Positions 13,036 through 27,035 of a stretch of DNA of 64,000 bases are shown in pieces. Below the pieces are notes generated by a model. The model was not told where the DNA came from, made no database searches, and worked only from the letters and a program-made list of their open reading frames with translations. The position numbers and the translations under genes were made by a program. The DNA lies in the NCBI RefSeq assembly GCF_035084215.1, contig NC_090346.1:14322001-14386000 (forward strand), read 5' to 3'. The DNA is from Heptranchias perlo (taxonomy: Eukaryota). The stretch's first letter is position 1. Each line of letters starts with the position of its first letter.

Positions 13036-14396
13036 GTAGGAAGAAAATCGTGTTTGGGGACTTGTGCTTGAAAAGCAGCATGATTTCCTTTCATCTTGTT
13101 TCAAAGTGAAAATGACAGTATAAACAAAAGTTGACCTTGTCGCACTGAACTGCAGGATAGTAAACTGCTACAGCGTTCAAATCGCTGTTCGGCATTTTAA
13201 TATTACCGTACGATGCCTATAAATCTATTAATGGAAAGCTGTAAAGTAAGAAGTGATTCTTATCACCAGGATACCCCCCACTTTTAAAAAAAAATAAAAC
13301 TGTTGCTCCCTCCCCCTGCCCCCCCTCCCCCCCCCCACCCCCCCACCCTGATGGATCAGTTCACTGCTTGGTGCGGTACTGAGGCACACAGGCCGGAAAG
13401 TTCCAAGTTTAATCCCTGTTCCAAGTTTAATCCCTGGTCTGTGCTGTGAACATATAAAACCTAATGGACAGGAAAAGACCAGCTGATCCATTGAACCTGT
13501 CATATTGCAATCGTGTAGCAACTAAGCATCATGACACCAGTGCTTCCCACCCGCCACCAACCATGTAATCTCCTGGGAGAGACAAAGAAAACAGATATAT
13601 AAATATACTCCTCCGATTACCTGTGAGCTGTGCCATGATATATGTAATTAATAACCTTATCTATATATAATTCAAGGTAAAAAATCTGATGGGACATATG
13701 GAGGAGCAAGCTCGTCTCCACCTGCCCCAAAACATCATGTACATGTAGAAAATGTTTTTTGATTGATTCCATTAGTTCCCTTCTTCTTTCTTTCATTGGT
13801 AGATGTTTACAGGCTGCTCGTTGTTGATTGGTCACTTTCCTGAGGCCCTTGTAGTTGTTTTTTGATTGGTACATTTCCATTTGTCCAATTGTAATTTGTT
13901 GCTGTTTTGCGAATATGAAATTTGAGCCAATAAGAAAAGAACTTGCATTTACTTAGCGCCTTCCAGGACATGCCAAAGCACACTACAGCCAATGTTGTAA
14001 TGTAGGGAAAAGTGACAGCCAATTTGTGCACAGCAAGAAACACATGACCAGATACTGTTTCAGTGATGTTGGTTGAGGGATAAGTATTAGCCAGGACACT
14101 GGGGAGAACTCCCCGGCTCTTCTTCCAATAGTGCTTTTGGATCTATTCAGTATGTTACTGGCATTCCGTCATGCATTATACAATAACACGTCCCAATATG
14201 AGATATGTGAACACGATACAATAACACACCACACTTTACTGAGGTATTACATTCCTAAATGCATTACACAATAAAGTGTGTTGTGAGGTACAATGCGCCT
14301 GTACATACATAATAGCCCACAGTGCATTAAAATGCTCCTGTATTTATTGGTCATTCATAAACGATAACTGCTTTCTTGTTCCCCTCTCCTTTTTAG

Positions 14397-14420
14397 AGCG
14401 TATTGTCTAAAACACTATAA
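14397..14420 (+). CDS. RAI1: RAI1 terminal coding exon (SVLSKTL*)
   Basis: Strong polypyrimidine tract and ttttag acceptor, then a short frame to TAA. Candidate AATAAA at 15451-15456. Confidence 0.7.
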   Translation, partial: SVLSKTL

Positions 14421-16199
14421 CAGCAGGAAAACTCCACTGTGCCAAGATAAGTGATGTTACCCCACAAGAAGGTGTTAAATACAGACTGCAAACTGAGAAT
14501 AGTCAATGCATTGTGGAATAGTGCAGTTAAAGGAATGGAAGGATTAGGCGCCCTGAAGCAGCATCACCTATCCTGAAATACCAACGGATTGACTCAGTCC
14601 CAATCAATGTACATTCTCCCCCATTGAATCCTCGCTGCATTTATTTCCTGGGGGCGGGGGGGGGGGGGGGGTAGGGGGGTGGGGGTGGGCAGGGGAATAT
14701 AAATAGGTACCCAGTTTTTCTGAACTGCAAACCGCCTGCGTAAACACCGATAATTCAAGAAGCTCCAACTCATCAATTGTCTTAATGTTGCTGTGTAGAT
14801 AATTTTACGAGGTGGGATCGAGGGTGTTTTGTAAAGGAATGTGAGGTGGGGGGGTGGGGGGAGAAATGATACGAACCTGCAGTCTTCTATTAAATGATAA
14901 AAGAAAACTTCATGGATGAGCGCACAAAGTCTAATTTGTTAAAGTTGGTAATGAAATACGTTTTGAAACAAGGACACAGCTGAATGCCTTGCCTTGGGCT
15001 TTAAAAAAGCGTTTCATTTCACTGGTTGATTTACTACTGTAGAAAAAAGGGGGGATACTTGTGTGTCTCACGGGTGAAGTACTGCGGGAGATCGACTGTA
15101 TAACTCACAGGAGGCAGTGAATGTTCCCTTTATCACACTTGCAGTGTTTGTTTATTTTGAGTTTGCAAAATTAATTTTTGTAAGTTTTTTTTAAAAAACA
15201 CACAAAGAAAAGGGGGCACTAAAGCATCGTCATGGAGACAATCCAAAATGTCAGCTTTGGAAAAGTGAGAAGGGGAGGAATTTTTTTTCCTGCAATTATC
15301 AGCACGATAACGATGGTTATTGAAAATTAATGGAACTGGAGGTGCTAGTCTGATACCTACTTGGAAGAGACCCACAACTTTAAGCTCCTTCTTTCAATGT
15401 GTAATGTAATGTACTGTACATGTACCTGTAATGCAATGCCACTTTTTAGGAATAAAAAGCTGCAGAAAGCAAATTGGCCCATTGGGATAATTGAACAGGT
15501 CTTTGTAATTAATTTTCTCCTGTACTTTTTAAGTTGCTGGATTAGGGAGGGGTACAGAGTAGGTACAGGATACAGCCTTGGGTTGTATTGCTAGTGGATC
15601 TGTTGTGGTGAGCCCATGGATATGCTGGTCTCAAACATGGGCCCAAGAACTGACATAGGAATTGCCAGACAAAAAAAGACCAAGGTCCAACAAGTTTGCC
15701 TTCTACCATCCTGGGTAGTTGCATGATACAATGATATTGGAAGTTGTTGATTAATCATAGCAATCAATCTCTATCAATTAGTCTACAACGGTCCCGGATA
15801 CGAAGCAAGGAAAACGCCAGTGGTGGAGAGCTTTGGAAACCATAGGTCTGAAGTTACCTGCTACACTTACCATGTTATGTCTCAAATTACTCAGTCAGTG
15901 AATGCCTGTGCAAAATATGCTGCAAGGAATAGCTTGCTCCTGATCCTCCAACGCCTCAAATTTAAAATGATCATCCTTGTGTTTAATTCCTTTCAGTGCC
16001 ACACCCCTCCCCCCATCTCTGTAACTCCTCCAGTCCTACAATTCTCCGAGAACTCCACGTTCCTCTGACTCTAGCCTCTTCTACATCCTCCACTCCCTTT
16101 GTTCCCTTATTGGCGGCTGTGCCTTCAGCCCTCAAAGACAGTAGGAACTCCACATTAATTCAATCTTACAGATACTAAACTTGTTAATAGTAAGTTTGA

Positions 16200-16600
16200 G
16201 AAACTTGGGTGAAGGGCTGAGAGGCTAAAATTATGAGGACAGGTTGCATAAACTTGGCTTGTAGTCCCTAGAGAGTATAGAAGATTGTGTTTAAAACGTT
16301 AAAAGGAGAAACTATTTCCTCTGGTGGGGGAAATCAAGAACAAGGGGACATAATAAAATTAGAGCCAGGCCGTTCAGGAGTGAAATCAGGAAGAACTTCT
16401 TCATACAAAGGGTAGTAGAAATTTGGAATTCTCTTCCCCCAAAAAGGGTGTGGATGCAATTGGAACTTTCCAGAGTGATTTTGATGGATTGTTGGTAGGT
16501 AAGGGTATCAAGGGATATGGAGCAAAGGCAGGTAAAAGGTGAGGTACAGATCAGCCATGATGGCACTGAATAGCCTACTCCTATTGCTAATATTCTAGGT
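16200..16600 (+). mobile_element. CR1-type LINE 3' fragment
   Basis: KLFPLVG..RTRGH...RKNFFIQRVVEIWNSLP-like remnant with the 3' tail. Confidence 0.65.
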
Positions 16601-18419
16601 TTCCTTGATCTTTATCCAGTGACTCCTGCTGGAAATGAACATATGTGGCTATTGGATGGTGGTGAGGACAGAAATGGGCTGGGCTAGCAATAGACCACTG
16701 TCACTCCCTGACCAGACACTCATGAAGAATAGCCACTTGGGTGAGGTACCAGAAGGCTGCTGATACCAATGGAACCATATCCCAGGACTGGGGGTGGGTG
16801 GGAGAAATGGAATGTAAAAATAGGCACCAAGTGTCAGTAGACAGAGAATGCTGTAAAAACTAAGCCAGCACAGAGTAGAAGCAGAAAGTTCTGTGCTGCA
16901 CTATTAGCTTTTTGGCAAACAGCATGTTAGCTTCTCAACTCTTCCATTTTGCCACTGGCCAACATTACTGTGCAAATAGTATTCCATTTCCTGACTGAAG
17001 CTAAAATCTAAAAGGCAGCACAGTAATCTCAGTCCCCTGAGCATGCAGGCCATTCTCTTGAACACTTAAGGCACTTTGTACAGCAATAACTCCCCACTGT
17101 CACATCGCCTTAAAACGATGTGTATGGAAAGATACAGAGACTGTGGAAAGGAGCCAAAAAAGAGGCAACAAAGGCAATTCTAGGGTTTTGATTATTCAGC
17201 GATGAAGAGAGGCAATGCTTAGTCTCATGGGAGAGATAAATTAAGGAGCGATGTGATCCTTTCAAAAGAACGAAGGGAATTGCTAACGTGGATATAGAGG
17301 TAATTGTACAAAACTAACAACAACTAAGAGATGATGAAGCCAGGACTCTTACCTTACAGGGCACAGAAAGTTTAGGATAGTTCATTTTGTTCAATGTACT
17401 CCCAAGTCCATGTTAAATAAAATTAATTGTTTTTTTGAAACAACAGCATGTTTTCTACTCTTGATAGAATGCCACCATGTTAGGTTGCTTTCCCTCTAGG
17501 CTGCTCCGGTTATGTAACTGACACAGGCAAGCTCCACACAATTTTGGATTGGCCCACAAGCTAATCTGCAGTGGCCTAACCCCAGACAGTATGCTAACTA
17601 TGCAGCATATCCAACACAGGTTTACATTAGGGCAGGAAATTTGACAAGAGGAGTGTCTTTTTCGAACGATATATATCCCCCACACACAGCGTATAACCTA
17701 ACTTAGGAAACCAGATCAGGTGAGAATGTCGTCGTGATGTTTTATTTAATGGCTTCCCCATTGCATCTCTAAAATCCACCCAAACAGTACCTCAGTTTAA
17801 CACCTCACCCGGAAGATTCCAGCTCTAACAGTACTGCACTCAAGTCCTGGTGCGGGGCTCGAATCTAGAATGCAACAATGCTACTGTCGAAGTCAAACTG
17901 GACTTGGTGGATGAAAATGAGTATGCTGCTTGCAAGTACTCCATCCCCCAAACTACAGAATAAGAAAAAAGAAACTCGAGTGCTCTGAAAAATTGTATGA
18001 GTGCATGCAAATATTTTAGAGTCAAAAAAAAAACAGAAGCTACATTTTGTTTTCATAATTCTTTCATTTGGGTTATTTTAATCATATAAAAGTATATTGC
18101 ACAGAATACAGCCCAGACTGGCTTTACCATTGATGCAGTATTACAAGGGAAGCTAAGCTTCTAGAGAGACCAAGTGCTTTTAATTCTACAAAAATGAATT
18201 TGCTGCATCCCAACTTGTCTTTTTAAAAAATTATAAATATTTTATATGTACAGTTTCTTTAAACTATGAAAATACGATTTTTATTTGACCAGGTCATTAT
18301 TTTAATGTGAAATAAAAAGGGCAGTTCTGCTTCACCTGGGGGTACACACACTATGTACAGTCACAGCGCTATTATTGGGGTGTGGGGTGAAGTCTTTATA
18401 TAAAAAAAATACAACCACT

Positions 18420-18640
18420 TCAGCTTGTGGTGACTGTGGTGCCGCTGCCCAGTTTCATGATCATCTGCTGGCAGTCGTGGAGAGTCCGCTTGTCGCCGAT
18501 CTTTTCCAGTGTGCGGGCCGCCTCGGCCAGCATGCCAACTCGCTGGCCCGGTGCCGACAGGAAACTCGGGGGGAGGTACCGACACGCCAGCAGGAGGGCT
18601 TCGGCATGCTCCCGACGCCCAGGATGCATCTCCACCTCGC
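18420..18640 (-). CDS. SREBF1: SREBF1 exon 19 (terminal)
   Basis: caacag|[73 protein letters not shown]. Confidence 0.96.
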
Positions 18641-19445
18641 CTGTTGAACAGAGCAGGAAATATAGAAATAAGACTTTGAATAACCCAATCGGTTGATCAA
18701 TAAATAAATAAAGCCCCCTCGATTGGATAAAATGTGCCATGCATTGTGGTACTAAGCCAGAGAGAACAGGGAAATCCCAGCTTCAATTCCTGTTATAGGC
18801 TGAATTAGCTGATCTCAGATGGGGCAGTGGTTGGATTGCTACAGTTGGTCTCAGTGCCTCTGGGCTAGGGAGCAGAAAAGAAAAAAATCAGCCAGGTTCC
18901 CCACTACTGATCACCATCCTGCAACTCCTGTTGGATCTCTGGTTAATTGGTCCTATCCTCCATGGTTCAATAGCCTACTGACACTCTTGTGTCCAAGCGC
19001 TCACATGAAAAACAGCCATTTGAGCAAGGTACAGCAGGGCTGCAAACTGCTCACACTAAGAGCTGGGAAAACAGCACTGAACAGACTGGCAAAGAGTGAG
19101 CAACATAGGAGTTCCAGGGTCTGAGCTGCTGAATCCAGGAATTATGGTGCGAGTGCTCTAAGCATCATCCTTATGACCCATTGTGCAGAAGAACTTTTCT
19201 GAACACTTGACAGCCCAGTAGCTCAAGAGGCTGAGCACTAGGCCCCAAACAAATAGTATACAAGCTTCAATCCCATACGCCTTTGTAGCAAGAAAGTCTG
19301 TTGAGCACCAACATTCATCCGTTTATGGTTTACCGATTTGAAGGGTGGAAATTAATTTTTACGCAAATTTCGTTGAAGACAGGTGGTAACAAATTGAATT
19401 AAAAGACTCCCCTAAAATTACCGCTCCCTGAATGCTGCCACTTAC

Positions 19446-19560
19446 CACCTTTGGGTAGTGGGGTTGTGACCCGCCTCCTGAGACTGCGGTCCAATAGCTG
19501 GTGAGTACGGGTTGGACTGGCTCCTGCCATTAACCTGGCTGTCGCTTCATGTAGAAACAC
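19446..19560 (-). CDS. SREBF1: SREBF1 exon 18
   Basis: [38 protein letters not shown]; ag/gtaagt; 115 nt. Confidence 0.95.
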
Positions 19561-20364
19561 CTGAAAAAATAAATAAAACTAAAATAATGTACAAGATCCG
19601 TTCTCCATTTCATCAACATTACTGTGAACATCCTCCTATGTACCTTCCGCTCTTGTTCCTCCTCAGCTCCAAATAACTCCCTCTTCCTCCTCCCCGTTTC
19701 TTCGCTGGATTGAAATTAAGACTGGTTTCATCATCTCCAATTTCAACACATTTTCCCCCAAAATCGCACAACTATGGAGCTCCTTTCCTCTCACGAACCA
19801 TAGACCTTTAAAACCTAAGCTTGTGTCATACAACTGCCACTTCTTGATTTATCTTGGCTTTTCTTCCTTGGTGGAGCCATACATTGGTCCTACACCAGGG
19901 CCTGCACAACTAGAGTTCCTGCGCTCTCTATCTATACTTCAACAATGGAGTAGATTCCTTCCAGTACACGATGCAATTAATACCCAGTTATCCCAGGTTA
20001 AGAGGCCAAACTACACAGAGTCCATGCAAATGACAGGATTAAGCAGACAAGCTACAGCATCCTAGTCCTAAAAGGATGGTCGTATACTGGGAGCTTTCAT
20101 CACTTCAGGATGTTCCAAAGTGTTTCAAATCCAAAGATGTGCAGCCATTGTTATGTAGGCAAATATGGCAGCAATTGTATGTACAGCAAGATCCAAAAAA
20201 TAGCAAATGAGATGACTGAGCAGTTAATCTGTTTTTGGTAGTGTTACTGGAGGGAAGTGTGTTGGCCAGGATACTGGGAGAACTCCCCTGTGTTTGACAT
20301 CCACCTCGGCTTAGCATCTCATCCAAAAGATGGCACCTTTAACAATGCAGCACTCCATCAGTAT

Positions 20365-21197
20365 TTTTTTATTCGTTCATGGGATATGGGATGTGGGCGT
20401 CTCTGGCAAGGCCAGCATTTATTGCCCATCCCTAATTGCCCTTGAGAAGGTGGTGGTGAGCCGCCTTCTTGAACCACTGCAGTCCGTGTGGTGAAGGTTC
20501 TCCCACAGTGCTGTTAGGTAGGGAGTTCCAGGAATTTGACCCAGCGACGATGAAGGAACGGTGATATATTTCCAAGTCGGGATGGTGAGTGACTTGGAGG
20601 GGAATGTGCAGGTGGTGTTTTTCCCATGTGCCTGCTGCCCTTGTCCTTCTAGGTGGTAGAGGTCACGGGATTGGGAGGTGCTGTCGAAGAAGCCTTGGCA
20701 AGTTGCTGCAGTGCATCCTGTGGATGGTACACACTGCAGCCACAGTGCGCCGGTGGTGAAGGGAGTGAATGTTTAGGGTAGTGGATGGAGTGCCAATCAA
20801 GCAGGCGGCTTTGCCCTGGATGGTATCAAGCTTCTTGAGCGTTGTTGGAGCTGCACTCATCCAGGCAAGTGGAGAGTATTCCATCACACTCCTGACTTGT
20901 GCCTTGTAGATGGTGGAAAGGCTTTGGGGAGTCAGGAGGTAAGTCACCTGCTGCAGAATACCCAGCCTCTGACCTGCTCTTGTAGCCACAGTATTTTGTG
21001 GCTGGTCCAGTTAAGTTTCTGGTCAATGGTGACCCCCAGGATGTTGATGGTGGGGGATTCGGCGATGGTAATGCCGTTGAATGTCATGGGGAGGTTGTTA
21101 GACTCTCTCTTGTTGGAGATGGTCATTGCCTGGCACTTGTCTGGTGCAAATATTACTTGCCACTTATCAGCCCAAGCCTGGATGATGTCCAGGTCTG
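20365..21197 (-). mobile_element. 5'-truncated LINE (CR1/L2 group; RT C-terminus and 3' UTR) inserted in a Deu-type SINE
   Basis: DLDIIQAWADKWQVIFAPDKCQAM...KAQVRSVMEYSPLAW; same family as 27470-30210. SINE halves lie at about 20105-20360 and 21198-21270. Confidence 0.85.
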
Positions 21198-21501
21198 TAC
21201 TGTAGTGTTGGCCGAGTTTATATTCTCCATTCAAGTGGGCCTTGAACCCACAACCTGTTGACTCAGAGGCTTCTTAGGATGCCTCTCCCTTTGATCTTCC
21301 TTCCCTCTCAAAGTAGCATTTGACCTCCCTTGAGAATTTTTCCCCTCAGCACCACAGCTAGGATCAGTAACAACCAATGGAAGATCAGTGATAGGAATCC
21401 ACCATTCCATTGCAGAATCCAGCTCTACTCTTTTTACTTTTGTAGTCCCTCAAAAAAGGCCTTAAAATAAATCCCTCCAATCCCCCCCGCTACCAACTTA
21501 C

Positions 21502-21687
21502 CCTACGGAGAGCAGGTCTGAAAGTCTGGGACAGCTTCCTGAGGCTGCTAAGGTCCTGTTGAAAGCCTCTTAGCTCTAACGGAGATGCCTGGTGCCCGCA
21601 GCTCATGGGCTGGCTCACGTTGATCTGTTGCTGCCATGCGCTGGTTCTGGTGACTAGCAAGAGATCACAGAGCAAGAGCTGTACTGC
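21502..21687 (-). CDS. SREBF1: SREBF1 exon 17
   Basis: [21 protein letters not shown]...[29 protein letters not shown]; 186 nt. Confidence 0.95.
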
Positions 21688-22371
21688 CTGAAAAGAGAAG
21701 AACAGACAACCTCAGACACAGAACCTCTCTGCTGCTGTGGTAGCTGAAGCGATGGGTGTATCTTAACGCTCTGTAATTATTTAGTCGTGGTTCCTATATA
21801 ATCAGCTCCATATAGTCACACAAATTTATTTTAGTTTTCAGCTGCTTTACTCAAACTTCTTTTAGTCAATTAATGTGACCATTTTTAGCATGACCCAAAG
21901 CCCCATATGTAAAAGAAGCTATTGATTTGGGGGCCCGCTACAGGGTAATGGGGACTTAAGTTTGCAGCTACATTTCTCCACATGCTAGTTGCCTATTTCA
22001 GTCAGTTGATAATCAGAGGAAACAATTCAACAAAGGAGATGAGAGAATGGTAATTAAAAAAAAAAAATCACACACACACCTCTTGCGGTTGGTTAAAGAA
22101 GGGAATTACTGAGCTGGGGCAGTGGTACAGGTAGTACAATTGGTCTTGGTGCCCCCTTGATCAGAAGGAAGAATGGCATTGAGCGATTCCTAGCATGAGT
22201 GGAGGGGGAAGAGAGAGAGAGAGACAGACAGGAGAGAGGGGAAGAAATGAATAACTGCAGAAATAAACCACTCAAAAAACAATACATCTCAATCATGATG
22301 CACTGGTCAGCTCTGATTTTAAGGTTTGCAGCTTTTCCTCAGGCGCTCTGTAGAACTGGTGTCAGGGTCTG

Positions 22372-22442
22372 GCTCTGTATTGCATTGCAGGTGCATTGCA
22401 CATCGAGGACACATGCAATGCAACTACAATGCACCACAGCTG
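22372..22442 (-). ncRNA. MIR33: miR-33 precursor hairpin in SREBF1 intron 16 (5p 22414-22434; 3p about 22378-22398)
   Basis: Minus strand reads GTGCATTGTAGTTGCATTGCA-loop-CAATGCACCTGCAATGCAATA. It is co-oriented with the host gene and sits in the canonical SREBF intron. Confidence 0.95.
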
Positions 22443-24350
22443 CAGCCATTCATCCAGTAGAGTGGGGTCGATAAGTTGAGGCAAAAAAAAAATACATTGA
22501 GCATTTTAACCATTTACCAAGTTGATTTTACTTCTTGGTGTTTTTTTCCTCTCTCTTTTTGTTCGAAAAACTTGCGGGGAAAAAAAGCTGCAATATTACC
22601 ACAGGATACGAGATACATCATTGTGACTGTACATATATTGTAGTCTTGACTACATATCTATGCCATACTTACATCAAAAGGTCAAAACTTATCCCAGCCA
22701 GTGCAGAAAGCACAGTCGACTTGCATTACACTTCAAGGGATGCCAATATACAGGGAGGTACTGAAAATAAAGTTTACTCCCCTCTCCCCCACTTCAGGCA
22801 AGCTGACAGGGACTGTGATGTGCATTAAGCCATACAGATCAGGAAGGTCCCAGGTTCACTCTCTGGTCTGTGCCAAGTTAGCTGATCTCAGCTGTGACAG
22901 CATTTGGGGCTGCTACTATTGACTTCAGTACCCCTGGGCTCCAGCTGCTGATCATGTCCAGTGACCTCTGTTGGTTATATGTATAGGAGTCATCATCATG
23001 AGGACAAGATCAGAGTGTGCTGTGATGCCTCTCTTTACTTGAGCAGCATATTGATACTTACTATCTTTGCTCGCGGACTATGCATCAAGAGGGCTAAGGT
23101 ACATGTGGAACCAAAGGTACCTTCAGCCTGTCAGCACCTTCAGCCAAAAACAAGTGTGGCACGGGGGAATTGAAGAACTTGCCTATCTGAAAAACCACCT
23201 CCCCCAACCCCCATAGAAAATATAACCCAATGCACATTATACTTCAAGGAATGCCAGTAACTGCTTAGCCCCCTCATCCCATGTACGAAATATACTGCCT
23301 TTCAAATCTCTTCCAGAATCCTTCCAGTGAATTCTGACTTGTGAGCCTAAGCATTGTATAACTGGAACAAAGATGTTAAACTGGGGACGAGAAGGAGGGA
23401 GAGAACGGCAAGGGAAGGCAGCTGCCTACAAACACTGAATTATGATCCCTCATTGTCCACTGGAGTGATCTTGTGCATTTCAGAGCATTCTGAACAGGAA
23501 CAAGACAGACCTGGCACTGCTTTAAAAAGCACAAAGCACCAGCTCCTGGTTGGCAAGGATGTACTGTATCACTATTTCCAGGCAGACACCTCCCGCTGAA
23601 TTTCGATTTCCTCCTCCTCCCCTCCAGCAATGTCCTCTTTCCATCTGTGTTCAGATAAAATATACTCTCATCATTGGCTGCAGAAATTCTCCAGAGTAAA
23701 ATGAAGGCAGATTTAAATGCAGCAAGAATAAGACATTAGGGGATAAGTACTTTATACTGCAAGTGCTTCCTCCCACACTAAACGCTCTTTAACAGTTTCC
23801 TACCTAAACTCATCAGTAGACAAGGAGCGTTCACTCCTTAATGGCAACTGCAAAATGTTTAATGACTTAAATGCAAAGGTGTTGAGCGGAGGCTGCAATG
23901 TCTCCCAGCAGGAAGGAGGGAAGATTGCAAGGCTGAGACACGCCTTGGCAATCTTTGTTACTTCTTGGCAGCCAGCCTGTACACTCAGGAAGTTAAGAAA
24001 AAGGAGTCAAAATATATACAGGGCAATTTACTCACAAATGCCCTCATATAAATAACGCTTAAAAACACAAAAATGTTAACCATTTATTGGACTGCCAAAA
24101 GAGAACACTTTATTTTTTGGCTCATGGGGTTAATTAGAGAGAAAGTTGGTAAGCGGGTCACATTGCTCGAACAGGATGCTTAGGGAGCATACTAAAAATA
24201 TACAAAGAGGTTTCCCCACTCATGATGAATCTTCTGCTCACCATAATGAAGGGTGTTAGTGCTAGAATATGAAGGCTTCCAGTATCTTCTCTGCTTTAAT
24301 TGCAATCACCTATCTCACCCGCACTAGGAGTCCAAGGCTCCCCCCCGTAC

Positions 24351-24513
24351 CTTATCAATACTGTTGCTGATGGGAGATGCCATATTGAGGCTGTCTCTCA
24401 GGTATCCACTGGCTTTTTCACAGTGCATGAGGCTCATCTGGCTGCCATCCTGTTTACCCAGCATGGCACGCACGGCCTTGAATGCGAACAGCGCTGCTTT
24501 TGGCAACTGGCTC
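24351..24513 (-). CDS. SREBF1: SREBF1 exon 16
   Basis: [18 protein letters not shown]...[13 protein letters not shown]...IDK; 163 nt. Confidence 0.95.
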
Positions 24514-25374
24514 CTGCAAGAGATTAGCATTTAAGTATCAGACAAGATTCTCCAAGGAGGCAAACGGATAATATTACAGATGGGTGCGTACAATAAACTC
24601 TGCTGGAGACGGCATATCATTTACCTGCCCAGCTGATGCGGGTAGCCTATGAAAAGTGTACAGATTAAACACTCAGTTACCCAGCTCCACACTTTTGACA
24701 AGATTCAAATGATGATTTCTAATCGAGTGGGAAATACTTTGACCAATGATTTTCCTTTCCCCGCCTGTACTTGTACCATTATGTAACTTGTGCTATATAA
24801 CTGGACAACTACCATAATCTGTTAAACAAAAATGTCCTTGTAGTTATCTCTAGTGTTCTCAAGAACGAAACAGAAGCGCATCTAAAAATCGCACAATCAT
24901 TACTACTGGTTGGCAATCAAACTATAAACAAGATGTTCATGTTTCTCTGCAGAGGGATCAGCTGCCTAGAATGTTAACCATATTCCAAATAGGTCACAAG
25001 TGAGTAACCCCTCCCACCCACCAAATTCAGGAGAATGAACAATTCCACTCAGTAGAACTGGATTTCCAACACCAGAGGAAATTTTAACAGCATCATAATG
25101 TTAGGGATCCACTTAGTGGTAGAAACCGAGTACTACAGCAATACACAAGCTTAATTTAGTGCCCTTCGTGCAGTGCAGTTTGTGCTGATTCTGACCCTTC
25201 CCCATCTCCCAAAATGAGGTCCGAGATCTTAAACTTGTGGAACTATGAAATATTTACGGTGTCAGTTTGGCTCACTCGGTAGTACTCTCCGCTAAAACAA
25301 CATGGTTCAAGATATTTTAAGTGGACGTACTATAAAAGAGGTTATGTGGAGAGAATTCAGGCCGCAACACTTAC

Positions 25375-25507
25375 TCTGTTGCATGCAGGGTCTTTGGCAT
25401 GTATTCCACCACTGGGTAGAGTCGCTCTGCTGCCTCATCATCACCTTGCAGCCAGTTGATAGCAACTACAATCATGGAAGCCCACCACTTGGCTACTGGA
25501 TCAGTGC
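25375..25507 (-). CDS. SREBF1: SREBF1 exon 15
   Basis: [43 protein letters not shown]; 133 nt. Confidence 0.94.
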
Positions 25508-26001
25508 CTGTACATACAATGAATAGACACCATTAACATAATCAGAACTAGCATAGCCTGGTGTGGCACTAAGCCATACGGACCAGATGGCACCAGGTTC
25601 AACCCTGGTCTGTGCTGAGTTAGTTAATCTCAAGCAGGGTGACAGTAGGGGTGCAACAATTGCCCTCAATGTCCTGGACTTGGGACGTGGCCACAAATAA
25701 ATAAATTCAAGCATTTCTATCTGCTGACAAGTGTATGTGTATAAACATTGGGTGAGGAGAAGATGAGGCACAGGTTTTGATGCCCTCCGACGTCAAATAG
25801 CCTGCCAACATTAACTGTCTAGAGTCACACATGAAGAATAATCTTTTGGGCAAGGTCGCAGAGCAACTATAGAGTCAGCACCATCTTGATTCATAGGGCT
25901 CAGTACCACACTGGATGAAATGGAATTGTTATCATCATGCAAGTAACACCCAAGGGCCAAGAATTGTAATACATGATTTAGAAGAACATGTGCAGGCTGA
26001 C

Positions 26002-26111
26002 CTGTGACAGTTGCCATACTGGAGCCGATCGCAAAGGTCTGCGTAGTGATTGCAGCAGCGTCAGAGCAACCATTCAGCAGCTGCAAGTACTCGAGAGCAT
26101 CCGAGAATTCA
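26002..26111 (-). CDS. SREBF1: SREBF1 exon 14
   Basis: [36 protein letters not shown]; 110 nt. Confidence 0.94.
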
Positions 26112-27035
26112 CTGCGACAGAAAGTTGGGGGGAAATAGTGAACATCTGCACAAGATCGTGCTCTATTCTGCAAGAACATTTAATTTAAATATATACACAT
26201 GATTACTAAATTACAGTACAGTATAATAGACTAGACTGCTATACTTCGGTAAATCTGAGTATATTATAAAATTCATGTAATGCTGCTATTATATATTATA
26301 TACAAGGAGTGTGATATCTCTAAAGCAGTGCATTATTCCTTTGTAAAACTCTGCCTGATAACTATTATATCCCTGATTTAGTGACAGATGAAGCAACACC
26401 CTTTCTTTGCCTTCACATGATGCAAAATCATAGTGACCATATGGTATCTGCAACAGAAGATACAAACTCTGGCAGCAGAACTCCAAAAGGGTTTATCCTA
26501 AAAACAAACTGAACATACCGATATGAAACAAACAATGTTTGGGAGGATGTACAAGTCTCCCCTGATAGCTCAGCAGGTACAGGCATGGAGTTGAGTCACA
26601 CGGAGCAGGAAGGTCCCAGGTTCGATTTCTGGTCTGTGCTGAATTCGCTAATCTCAACCAGACTGACAGTTAAGAGGGATAGATATGGCCTCTGCACCCC
26701 TGGGTCAGGGTCACTCCTGCTGGAAAGTGCACCTATGCAGTGCCCAGGTGCTCAGCCTCCGACCAGTGCTGCAAACAAAGCCTGGCTGGTGCATGAAGAC
26801 ATTGAGTCTCGCTCAGGAATGGAACCAACACTGCTAGCAGCTCTCTGCTACTTTGTCCATTCTTTATACACGCGCATGTCGACAGGCAGTTTTGCCAGAA
26901 AGCAGTGCTTACTAAATCGAAGTGTTTGATGAGATGCAAACTGGGAAAAAAAAATTCCAACTGGAACATGTAAAAATGCAACATACCAGCAGATTATGTG
27001 AGCTGTAATAATTGTTACGATAGCCAGTTACTTAC

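Noticed and set aside
13401-13436. 18-bp tandem duplication TTCCAAGTTTAATCCCTG
   Set aside because: Simple slippage within a SINE head; no sign of function.
17700-18419. miR-33 site in the SREBF1 3' UTR, and its polyA signal
   Set aside because: No 7-mer seed match found by eye. Several AATAAA candidates on the minus strand (18280-18285, 17741-17746) cannot be ranked.
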